The notes under the pieces: model-generated
Told to the model about the DNA's origin: nothing
Databases searched by the model: none
What the model saw: only the letters and a program-made list of their open reading frames with translations
Origin: Candidatus Omnitrophota bacterium
GTDB lineage: Bacteria > Omnitrophota > Gorgyraeia > Gygaellales > UBA12090
Direction of reading: 5' to 3'
NCBI GenBank assembly: GCA_030674475.1
Contig: JAUSCZ010000035.1
Coordinates: 74,682 to 138,681 of the forward strand
Length of the DNA stretch: 64,000 nt
In this document: piece after piece, positions 45,187-53,940 of the stretch
Numbering within the stretch: position 1 is the stretch's first letter
How the letters are laid out: each line of letters opens with the position of its first letter
Position numbers and translations under genes: made by a program

Positions 45187-45438
45187 TTATTTTTTGGACT
45201 TCTTCTTTTTCTTGCCGCCCCTGACCATCTTGGCGCAGGAGATATCACCCTGTTTATCCACAAAATAGAGATAACCGGATTCCTTCTCCACCCCTACCTT
45301 GGCCACCTTCTCAGGCTTACCGCCTTTTTTGCCGCCCCTGGCCATCTTGGCGCAGGAGATATCACCGGCCTTGTCCACAAAGTAGAGATACCCATCTTTC
45401 CTCTTTATCCCGGCCTTTGCTACTTTTTTTTGTGCCAT
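45187..45438 (-). CDS. small lysine-rich protein with internal ~40-aa tandem duplication (GYLYFVDKxGDISCAKMxRGGKK x2)
   Basis: A strong SD (GAGGGGAGGTG) lies 8 nt upstream of the ATG. The antisense + ORF is judged spurious. Confidence 0.55.
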   Translation of the reverse strand: MAQKKVAKAGIKRKDGYLYFVDKAGDISCAKMARGGKKGGKPEKVAKVGVEKESGYLYFVDKQGDISCAKMVRGGKKKKKSKK

Positions 45439-45538
45439 ATTTTTTCACCTCCCCTCTTTTTTTAGTTTTCAGCTATCCGCTTTCGGCATTCAGCTTTTTT
45501 ATTTTTGCTGACGGCTGACAGCTGATAGCTTTTTTTAC

Positions 45539-46354
45539 TTAGGTTCCTATTTTTATCGGGTTAAAAATATCCTTTAACACCGCGATTGCCGATAAAACCG
45601 CCAAATAGCTTGTTTTAGGATTATCCGGACAGGGGCTGTTTTCACAACGGATAAAAGTTTTTCCGGCGCTGGATTCAATTTCTATCTCGTGAATATTCTT
45701 GGAATAACCCGGCGAACAGAAAATCTTTACCCGGGTTTTTTCTTTGCCTATTCCGGCCAGGCTTAAGAGCGCGGCCACATTTATGTTCTGAGGAAAAAAG
45801 GTAACTGCCTTTTGAGCGCTTCCTTCAAAAATCATGGTCTCCTCTTTTATGTTATCCAGATCTATCTTTTTTTGAATTACATAAGGCGCGCCGGAAAGTG
45901 CCTGAGGGGATTTACGGGTTATCAAAATTACCCTCTTGATATTAGCTAATTTATGCGCCTTTAAGGCATCTATCCCGGCAATGGCCCCGGAAGGCACATA
46001 TACGGAACAGTTTTTTTCCCTGGCTAAGTCAAATATATCCTCGGCCCCAAGTAACCCCCCCACACTCATTATCAGACAATCGCGCCGGTTTCTAAGCGCC
46101 TCGCGGGCGATATCCGCCGCGGCCCCGGCTGATGAGGCCTCAACCACAAGGTCAGACCTTCTGATTAGCCGCGCTAAACTCAAAACAATTATGTTTTTCT
46201 TTCTTAATTTACCGGCTAAATCCCGCGCCTTGGCTGAGTCAATATCATACAGCGCGCTTAACTTAGCCTTATCTTTTAAATCAGAGCTTATGGCTTCGGC
46301 AATCTTTGAACCTATGGCCCCACAGCCAACTATCCCGATTCTTTTAAGCTTCAT
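45539..46354 (-). CDS. L-aspartate dehydrogenase-like (NadX / DUF108 family) NAD(P)-binding protein
   Basis: IGIVGCGAIG Rossmann motif, and a central segment ...MSVGGL...VYVPSGAIAGIDALKA... that fits the NadX family. Confidence 0.5.
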   Translation of the reverse strand: MKLKRIGIVGCGAIGSKIAEAISSDLKDKAKLSALYDIDSAKARDLAGKLRKKNIIVLSLARLIRRSDLVVEASSAGAAADIAREALRNRRDCLIMSVGGLLGAEDIFDLAREKNCSVYVPSGAIAGIDALKAHKLANIKRVILITRKSPQALSGAPYVIQKKIDLDNIKEETMIFEGSAQKAVTFFPQNINVAALLSLAGIGKEKTRVKIFCSPGYSKNIHEIEIESSAGKTFIRCENSPCPDNPKTSYLAVLSAIAVLKDIFNPIKIGT

Positions 46355-46356
46355 CT

Positions 46357-47628
46357 TTAGCCAACAATAATGTTGTCAATGAGCCTGGTCTTTCCGAAGT
46401 ATACCGCTAAGGCAATTAAGGCCTTTTGCTTAACATATTCCAACGGTTCCAATGTTTCAACATCCGCGATTGCCGTATAATCAATTCTGGCTGATTTCTT
46501 CCGGCTGATTTCATTTCTCATCGCGGCGATTATTTTCCCGGCTTTTCTCTCTCCCCCAAAAATTATCTCTTTAGCCTTCTGTAAAGATCGGGACAAAACC
46601 AGGGCGTCGGATCTTTCCTGAGCGCTTAAATAGACATTGCGGGAACTCAAGGCTAAACCGTCGGAATCTCTCACAATCGGCATCACCTTTATTTTTAAAG
46701 GCATATTTAAATCCTTTACCATCTTCTTAATTACCAATGCCTGCTGAAAATCCTTCTGCCCGAAATAGGCAATATCCGGCTGGATGATGTTAAATAACTT
46801 GGCGACCACCGTGGTTACCCCCCTGAAATGTCCGGGCCGGGAAGCGCCGCAAAGATAATCGGTTTTTTTCTCCACGTTCACATAGGTAGAATATCCCAAG
46901 CCATACATATCTTTGGCCTGAGGATAAAATACGCAATCACCTCCGGCAGATTTGGCCAGGATGCTGTCAACTTCTAAATCCCGGGGGTATTTTTTATAAT
47001 CTTCCTGGGGCCCGAATTGAATAGGATTGACAAATATGCTTACTAAGCAAATATCGCAGTCTTTTTTGGCCTGGCGGACTAGAGAAAGATGCCCTGGATG
47101 CAGATAACCCATTGTAGGAACAAAGCCGATAGTTTTACCGCTGGATTTAACCTTGGCGGCATATTTACGCATTGCCTCAATGTGAGAAATAACCTTGGCT
47201 TCTTTAGCTAAGGATTTTATCAGGGAAGGGGCGATTTCTTTTAAAGGCTTAAGAACAAAACTTCTTTCCTTAAGACGAGGATGGGGAATTTTTAAACGGG
47301 GTGAATTTATTTTTTTATTGCCGTAAAACAATATATCCAGGTCAATGGGCCGGCTGGAATTTTTTCTCTCATCTTTCCGGCCTAAGTCCGACTCTAGGAC
47401 TTTTAATTCATTCAAAAGGGACAACGGGGACAAATTCGTCTTTATTTTGGCGGTTAAATTCAGAAAGCGCGGGCTTCCCGGAGGACAATTACACGGATCA
47501 GTTTCGTAAATACCGGATATTCTCACTAATTTAGTGTTTTTTAAACTCCCGATGTGTTGAAGCGCCAATCTTATATTTTGCTGTCTGTCGCCTAAGTTTG
47601 AACCCAACCCAAGATAACAAATAATCAT
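46357..47628 (-). CDS. bifunctional fusion: HPPK (FolK) N-terminal domain plus pantoate--beta-alanine ligase (PanC) C-terminal domain
   Basis: The FolK part is CYLGLGSNLGDR...RPIDLDILFYG. The PanC part is GFVPTMGYLHPGHLSL...GQKDFQQ...LALSSRN. Confidence 0.75.
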   Translation of the reverse strand: MIICYLGLGSNLGDRQQNIRLALQHIGSLKNTKLVRISGIYETDPCNCPPGSPRFLNLTAKIKTNLSPLSLLNELKVLESDLGRKDERKNSSRPIDLDILFYGNKKINSPRLKIPHPRLKERSFVLKPLKEIAPSLIKSLAKEAKVISHIEAMRKYAAKVKSSGKTIGFVPTMGYLHPGHLSLVRQAKKDCDICLVSIFVNPIQFGPQEDYKKYPRDLEVDSILAKSAGGDCVFYPQAKDMYGLGYSTYVNVEKKTDYLCGASRPGHFRGVTTVVAKLFNIIQPDIAYFGQKDFQQALVIKKMVKDLNMPLKIKVMPIVRDSDGLALSSRNVYLSAQERSDALVLSRSLQKAKEIIFGGERKAGKIIAAMRNEISRKKSARIDYTAIADVETLEPLEYVKQKALIALAVYFGKTRLIDNIIVG

Positions 47629-48788
47629 ACGCGCTTCTGGATTCGTTCCATAGCCTCCTGAACGCGTTCTTTAGAAACGGTAAGAGCAAAACGGATATAG
47701 CCTTCACCGCACTTCCCAAAACCTACTCCGGGGGTAACCACTATATCGCATTTCTCAAGCAGAAGCGCGGCAAAACCCCGGGAATCATAACCTTTAGGCA
47801 CCGAAACCCAGACATAAAAGGTGGCTTCGGGTTTAAGGAAATTCCAGCCTATGGACTTTAATCCCGCGCACAGGACATCTCTTCTTTCCTGATAAATCGC
47901 GCGCATCTTCTGAATATGCTCCTGGGGGCCGCTTAAGGCCTCAACCCCGGCAATTTGAATCGCGCTGAAAATCCCGGAGTCAATATTAGACTTAACTTTG
48001 GCAATACCTGATACTACCTGGGCATTTCCGCATACCCAGCCGATACGCCAGCCGGTCATATTATAAGTCTTGGACAAAGAATGAAATTCCACACCCGTAT
48101 CCTTTGCTCCTTCAGCTTCCAGGAAGCTCATTGGCTTGTAACCATCATAAGACATCTCAGAATAGGCCGCGTCGTGAGCAATGATAATATTATACTTAGA
48201 GGCAAAGTCTATCGCCTTACGGTAGAATCCGGCGTCCGCGATTGCCCCGGTGGGATTATTAGGATAATTCAAGAACATCAACTTTGCCTTTTTACGCGCC
48301 GGAAGTGGGATTTTCTTGAAATCCGGCAGGAAATTATTCTTTTCTAAAAGCGGCATATCCTGGACCTTGCCGTCAGAAAGAATAGTAGAACCCCGATAAG
48401 GCGGATAAGACGGATTGGGGGCCAGCACATAATCTCCCCGGTTAACAAATGCCAGAGGCATATGGGCAATTCCTTCTTTTGAGCCGATAAGAGGCAGGAT
48501 TTCAGTTTCAGGGTTTAAGCTGACGCTGAAACGTTTTTTGTACCAATCGGCAATTGCCTGACGCAAGACAGGCATGCCCTGATCCAAGGCGTACTTATGA
48601 TTCCGGGGATCTTTAGATGCGTGATATAATTTCTCAATGATGTTGCCTGGCGTGGGCAGGTCCGGGTCACCTATTCCCAAATCAATTAAATCCCTTCCCT
48701 GCTTTCGGACTTCTCTTTTAGCCTTATCAATCTCCACGAATAAATACGGTGGGAGATTCTTCAGCCGTTTAGAAAATCTGATTTCCAT
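47625..48788 (-). CDS. dapL: LL-diaminopimelate aminotransferase (DapL-type class I aminotransferase)
   Basis: LPPYLF, LGIGDPDLPTP and the SKTYNMTGWRIG PLP-lysine region. Located inside a dap operon. Confidence 0.75.
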   Translation of the reverse strand: MEIRFSKRLKNLPPYLFVEIDKAKREVRKQGRDLIDLGIGDPDLPTPGNIIEKLYHASKDPRNHKYALDQGMPVLRQAIADWYKKRFSVSLNPETEILPLIGSKEGIAHMPLAFVNRGDYVLAPNPSYPPYRGSTILSDGKVQDMPLLEKNNFLPDFKKIPLPARKKAKLMFLNYPNNPTGAIADAGFYRKAIDFASKYNIIIAHDAAYSEMSYDGYKPMSFLEAEGAKDTGVEFHSLSKTYNMTGWRIGWVCGNAQVVSGIAKVKSNIDSGIFSAIQIAGVEALSGPQEHIQKMRAIYQERRDVLCAGLKSIGWNFLKPEATFYVWVSVPKGYDSRGFAALLLEKCDIVVTPGVGFGKCGEGYIRFALTVSKERVQEAMERIQKRV

Positions 48789-48791
48789 TTT

Positions 48792-49505
48792 TTATCCCTT
48801 CAACACATCTTGCATGGAATACAATCCCACAGGTTTGCTGGCAATCCATTTAGCCGCCTTTAAGGACCCCAGGGCAAAGACATCCCGGGAATGAGCCTGA
48901 TGCTTTATTTCAATCCGCTCGCCTCCTCCAGCATAGATAACCGTATGGTCTCCAATGATATCCCCGGCGCGAATAGCGTGCACCGGTATATTTCTTCCGG
49001 TATCATTGGCAATAACCTGGGCCAGCTTCTTGGCTGTTCCCGAAGGAGCGTCTTTTTTAGCCTTATGGTGGGCCTCCACCATCTCAATATCATATCCGGG
49101 GCCAAGCTTTTTGGCAATTTCGCCTACTATGCCAAAAAGAAGGTTTACTCCTACGGACATATTAGGAGAAAATACTATTGCTATGGATTTGGCGGCATCC
49201 CGGATTTTAACCGTCTGCTCCTCATTAAAACCGGTGGTGGCTAACACCAAAGGTTTCTGGTATTGCAAACAATAAGCCAAATTCTCCATAGATGCCTCGG
49301 GAATGGTAAAATCTATTACCGCGTCGGTAAGAAATATACCATCGGGGCTGGAGGAAATTTTGACCTTATCTATGTTCTTGCCGATTAAATGGTGGCCTTT
49401 CCTTTCCAAAGCCAGGATAACCTCCAACTCCTTATCATTAAGGGCAAGCTCAATAATCCGCCTGCCCATCCTGCCGCCCGCGCCCAAAACCCCTAATTTA
49501 ATCAT
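48792..49505 (-). CDS. dapB: 4-hydroxy-tetrahydrodipicolinate reductase
   Basis: GAGGRMG N-terminal motif and an EAHHKAKKDAPSGTA C-terminal motif. Confidence 0.85.
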   Translation of the reverse strand: MIKLGVLGAGGRMGRRIIELALNDKELEVILALERKGHHLIGKNIDKVKISSSPDGIFLTDAVIDFTIPEASMENLAYCLQYQKPLVLATTGFNEEQTVKIRDAAKSIAIVFSPNMSVGVNLLFGIVGEIAKKLGPGYDIEMVEAHHKAKKDAPSGTAKKLAQVIANDTGRNIPVHAIRAGDIIGDHTVIYAGGGERIEIKHQAHSRDVFALGSLKAAKWIASKPVGLYSMQDVLKG

Positions 49506-49628
49506 CAGTTACTCCAGTTCATTGCTGTCCCAATTAACTGTCCTGCCCGTGAAAACGGGCATCCAGAGATACTTAATCCGACAAGGCTGGATTCCCGCTT
49601 TCGCGGGAATGACACAGTTGACCATTGA

Positions 49629-50504
49629 CTATAATAGCCCGTAATCTTTTAAGGCCTTTCTTAACTTCTCTTGATTTTCAGCCGACAACTCGCACATCGG
49701 AAGCCGTAAATCCGGCTGGCAAAGCTTAAGCAATCCCATCGCTGTTTTCACCGGAATGGGGTTAGTCTCAATAAACATTGCTTTTATCAATGGCAGTAAT
49801 TTATAATGCGATTCTTGAGCTTTTTTTAAATTTCCTTTTTCAAAGGCCTCAATCATATTCGCCACATCCTTGGGCACGATGTTAGCCACAACCGAAATAA
49901 CTCCTGTCCCGCCAATTGCCAATACCGGTAAAGTCAAGGCGTCGTCTCCGGAAATAAGGGCGAATTCCGCCGGGCAAAGCGCTCTGATCTTAGACATCTG
50001 TTCTAAGGAACCGGAGGCCTCTTTCACCCCCACGATATTTTTACAATCCCGGGCTAATTTGGCTATTGTTTCCGGCTCAATATTTACCCCGGTCCGGGAG
50101 GCAATATTATAAAGAATTACCGGTATATCCGCGCACTCAGCTACTGCCTTAAAATGCAGATATAAACCTTTTTGAGTAGGACGGTTATAATAAGGCGAAA
50201 CGTGCAAGGTGGCATCCGCGCCGGATTTAGCCGCCTGTTTAGTCAGCATTACCGCCTCATCGGTAGAATTTGAGCCGGTTCCGGCAATCACCGGGACCCT
50301 TTTCTCCACCGTCTCAATCACCACCTCAATCACCCGCTCATGCTCAGCCCAGGATAAAGTCGCGGATTCACCGGTCGTGCCGCAAGGAACAATGCCGGAA
50401 GTTTTATTTTTAATCTGAAACTCAACCAGCTCTTTTAATTTCTTCTCATCAACCTTACCGTTCTTAAAAGGAGTAACCATCGCCACCATTGAGCCCTTAA
50501 ACAT
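49629..50504 (-). CDS. dapA: 4-hydroxy-tetrahydrodipicolinate synthase (ORF track extends to 50525; start likely MFKGSMVAMVTPF)
   Basis: Classic DapA N-terminus with the GTTGE motif. Confidence 0.85.
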   Translation of the reverse strand: MFKGSMVAMVTPFKNGKVDEKKLKELVEFQIKNKTSGIVPCGTTGESATLSWAEHERVIEVVIETVEKRVPVIAGTGSNSTDEAVMLTKQAAKSGADATLHVSPYYNRPTQKGLYLHFKAVAECADIPVILYNIASRTGVNIEPETIAKLARDCKNIVGVKEASGSLEQMSKIRALCPAEFALISGDDALTLPVLAIGGTGVISVVANIVPKDVANMIEAFEKGNLKKAQESHYKLLPLIKAMFIETNPIPVKTAMGLLKLCQPDLRLPMCELSAENQEKLRKALKDYGLL

Positions 50505-51312
50505 AATATTCCCCCCCATACACAATTCTCACCTTGCCCTCCAGCCAGACATCGCTTATTCTGTCGGCTTCTTTATTGAAACATACCTTTAAAGTCTCCC
50601 CGCCTTGAGTAATAACATTAATTATCTCACGAATACCAGAGGATGGAGATTGAAGGCTAAAGATTATCGCCGAGGCGACAGATCCGGTTCCGCAGGCCAG
50701 GGTTTCCCCCTCAACTCCGCGTTCATAGGTGCGCAAGCGGATAGTATCTTTATCTACGACTTCCACAAAGTTTACATTGGCGCCTTCGGGCGCGAAATTC
50801 TTGTGATAACGGACTGCCCTGCCGATTTCGGCGGCATTGATTTTATTTATCCCCGCGACAAATATCACCGCGTGCGGCACACCGGTATTGATGAAATTCA
50901 CTTTTAATTCGCGGTTATTTATTTTTATACTCAAATCCGGCCGGTAATTCTCGGGCTTCGTCAGCTTTATCTTCGCCTTTTCACCTTTCACTTCTGCTTC
51001 AATTATCCCTGCTTTCGTTTCTATTCTTAACCTGGAGCCTGGAGACCGGAGACCGGAGCGTGCATAAAAAGCGACGCAACGCGCCCCGTTCCCGCACATT
51101 TGTGCCTCAGTACCATCCGCGTTAAAGACGCGCATTCGGACATCGGCGATTTTTGACTTCTCTAAAACCAACAATCCATCCGCTCCCGCGCCAAACTTCC
51201 GGTCGCAAATTTTTTTCGCTAAATTTATTAATTCCGCGTTCTTAGCTCTTAGTTCTGTAATTATGAAGTCATTTCCTGAAGCGACAATTTTCGTAAATTT
51301 TATTTTTTTCAT
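50497..51312 (-). CDS. dapF: diaminopimelate epimerase
   Basis: ASGNDFI and GNGARC motifs. The CDS carries an internal heptamer-repeat tract at 51031-51059. Confidence 0.85.
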   Translation of the reverse strand: MKKIKFTKIVASGNDFIITELRAKNAELINLAKKICDRKFGAGADGLLVLEKSKIADVRMRVFNADGTEAQMCGNGARCVAFYARSGLRSPGSRLRIETKAGIIEAEVKGEKAKIKLTKPENYRPDLSIKINNRELKVNFINTGVPHAVIFVAGINKINAAEIGRAVRYHKNFAPEGANVNFVEVVDKDTIRLRTYERGVEGETLACGTGSVASAIIFSLQSPSSGIREIINVITQGGETLKVCFNKEADRISDVWLEGKVRIVYGGEYYV

Positions 51313-51322
51313 TTTCGCGGTG

Positions 51323-52602
51323 TTATCTCAAAAAATCCGGAATAACATCTTTTTTCACTAAATCCAGGTAGCTGTCGCGCTTACGCGTGGTATAAAATTT
51401 ATTCCCTTTAACCATTATCTCGGCTGGCTTCAGACGGCAGTTATAATTGGAAGCCATGGAAAATCCGTAAGAACCGGCGCTCATCACCGCCAGGTAATCG
51501 CCTTCATTAAGCTCAGGCATTTGCCTGTCCTTAGCCAGGAAGTCCCCGGATTCGCATATCGGGCCCACCACGTCAAACCTTTCCGCTTTCCGCTTTCCCT
51601 GCCTGCTCGTCCGGCAGGCGCTTTCTGCAAAGGCAAAATATCGTGATGCGCGCCATAGAGAGACGGCCGGATTAAATCATTCATCCCGGCATCCACGATT
51701 ATAAAATTCTTCAGCGGAGTTTTCTTGATATAAAGAATTTTGGCAACCAGTATACCGGAAGGACCCACTATGAACCTCCCCGGCTCTAAGATAATTTTCA
51801 ATCCGGTGCTTTTCAATAAAGGAAGTATTTTCCCGGCGAATTCTTCGGCAGTCTGGGGCTTCTCATTATTATAAATAATGCCTAATCCGCCGCCAATATT
51901 AAGATATTGAATATCTATCGCTTCTTCTTTCAGTCTTTTGATAAATTTTATCATCTTCTTGATGGCCAAAATATAAGGAGCGCCGTCAATTATCTGAGAG
52001 CCTATATGCATATGCAGGCCGCTAAACTTTAAATGAACGAATTCAGCCCGGTTTTTAAAAATGTTATAAGCGGTATCTAAATCAATGCCAAACTTGTTGG
52101 TGAGCTTGCCGGTAGTTATGTAGCTGTGGGTTTTGGGCTCAACATCGGGATTTATCCTTAAAGCGACTGAGGCGTTCACCCCCAAATCGCACGCCACCCT
52201 ATTAATCAGCTCTAATTCCGACAGCGACTCCACGTTGAAAAAGAGTATCTGTTTGGCGATTGCCTGGCGGATTTCCTCTTCGGTTTTTCCCACTGACGCG
52301 TAGACTATTTTCTTTGGGTCACAGCCGACCAGAAGCGCCTTATACAACTCGCCTCCGGAGACAATATCCAAGCCCGAGCCCGCCTTTACCAGCGCCCGCA
52401 GAATAGCCAGATTAGAGTTTGCCTTCATTGAGTAGCAGATAACCGGACTTAATGCCCTAAAGGCCGCGGCTAATTTACGATAATGGCTCAAAAGGGTATT
52501 ATAACTATAAAGATAAAATGGGGTAGAAACCTTATCCGCGATATCGGCTATCTTTACCGCCTCGCAATAAAGCTCATTGTTTTTATATTTAAAGTCGTGC
52601 AT
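51323..52602 (-). pseudogene. lysA: diaminopimelate decarboxylase (lysA) split by a single frameshift into 372-aa and 82-aa ORFs
   Basis: The upstream ORF carries the LysA core as far as YGAHHDILPL; the downstream ORF carries DVVGPICESGDFL and the C-terminus. The shift lies within or next to the tandem CTTTCCG repeats at 51579-51600. Confidence 0.75.
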
Positions 52603-52616
52603 TTTCTCTTGGGCAA

Positions 52617-53930
52617 TTATCCAAAAATTTCTTTTATTATTTTGTGATTCAGGTGCGCGGAAAATGTATTCAACAAGCTGTCTTCCATATCCTTTATCTT
52701 ACATTTATTATCTTCAGCATAGCGGATCACTTTCCCAATAATCTCGTGGGCCTGGGCAAAAGGGATTTTCTTCTCTTTTACCAGATATTCCGCCAGATCA
52801 ACGGTATACAAACTTTCATCTTCTAGCGCCTTTTCTATAACTTTCTCGTTAAGTTTTATTCCTTTTATAAACCGGGCCAGGATTTTAAGCTCGTCCTTAA
52901 TAATATCCACCGAAGAAAATAAAGGCTCTTTATCTAACTGCATATCCCGGTTATAGGTTAAAGGCAGGCCCTTCATTATGGTTAACAAAGCCATAAGGTT
53001 ACCGTAAATCCTTCCGGTATAGCCCCTGACCAATTCCAGGAAATCCGGGTTTTTCTTATGCGGCATAAGACTGCTTCCGGTGCAAAATTCCTCCGGCAAA
53101 TCCACGAAATTAAACTCTTGGGTGGAAAACAGTATCATATCCTCAGCAAAACGGGATAGATGCATCTGCAATATAGAAAGAATACTCAAGAACTCAACAA
53201 TAAAATCCCGGTCGCTTACATGCTCAAGAGGATTTTCCACAGTTTGCAGCTTAATTGTTTCATCTAGAGCGAGTTTTTTAATAATTCCCTGTAAGGCGTT
53301 ATCATAATGTTTAGTTAAAATTGTTCCTTTAAAAGCTCCTGAACCAAGGCTTGCGACAATTTTATTACTAAAATCATCACATCTTTTCCGGTCTCTTTCA
53401 AAAATACAGACAAAAGAACCTAAGTAATCCTTGAAGTCAACTTTCTGGGCCCTTTGGGTGTGGGTATAGCCCACAATAGAAAAACCAATGTATCGTCTAC
53501 TTAATTCTAAAAATGATTTTATGACTTCTAAAATTAATTTTTCAATTTCTAATGATTGTTTTCGGCAATAAAATTTCTCATCAAAGGCAATCTGGTCATT
53601 TCTTGAGCGCAAGGTATGCAGTTTATCGGCTAACTTTCCCACTTTTTTTTCAACCCGATTTTGAATTTCCGTATGTATGTCTTCGGATTGTAAGTTTGGC
53701 TTAAATTTATTTTCTTTTATTTCTGTATATATTTCTTGTAAAGCAAAATGCAATTTCTTCTCTTCCTTAGGGGTTAAAATGCCGGCATCTTTTAATGCTA
53801 ATATATGTATCTGAGAGTGCGTAACATCATAAAGGGCGAGCCTATAGTCATACTGTATAGATTTCTGGAACTCAAAGAAATCTATATCAATTTCTTTCTT
53901 AAACCTTCCGCCCCACAATTTCTTGGCCAT
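52617..53930 (-). CDS. argH: argininosuccinate lyase (ORF track extends to 54026; start at 53930 MAKKLWGGRF)
   Basis: KLWGGRF and HTLRSRNDQIAFD (fumarate lyase signature region). Confidence 0.85.
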   Translation of the reverse strand: MAKKLWGGRFKKEIDIDFFEFQKSIQYDYRLALYDVTHSQIHILALKDAGILTPKEEKKLHFALQEIYTEIKENKFKPNLQSEDIHTEIQNRVEKKVGKLADKLHTLRSRNDQIAFDEKFYCRKQSLEIEKLILEVIKSFLELSRRYIGFSIVGYTHTQRAQKVDFKDYLGSFVCIFERDRKRCDDFSNKIVASLGSGAFKGTILTKHYDNALQGIIKKLALDETIKLQTVENPLEHVSDRDFIVEFLSILSILQMHLSRFAEDMILFSTQEFNFVDLPEEFCTGSSLMPHKKNPDFLELVRGYTGRIYGNLMALLTIMKGLPLTYNRDMQLDKEPLFSSVDIIKDELKILARFIKGIKLNEKVIEKALEDESLYTVDLAEYLVKEKKIPFAQAHEIIGKVIRYAEDNKCKIKDMEDSLLNTFSAHLNHKIIKEIFG

Positions 53931-53940
53931 TTTCTTCTCT

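Noticed and set aside
45166-45465. 99-aa plus-strand ORF overlapping the small repeat protein gene
   Set aside because: It is driven by the same DNA repeat. The minus-strand ORF has a strong SD at ideal spacing and a coherent basic repeat protein, whereas the plus ORF has no RBS.
47531-47719. 62-aa minus-strand ORF overlapping the folK-panC / dapL junction
   Set aside because: It is fully contained within two well-supported genes in another frame; no motif.
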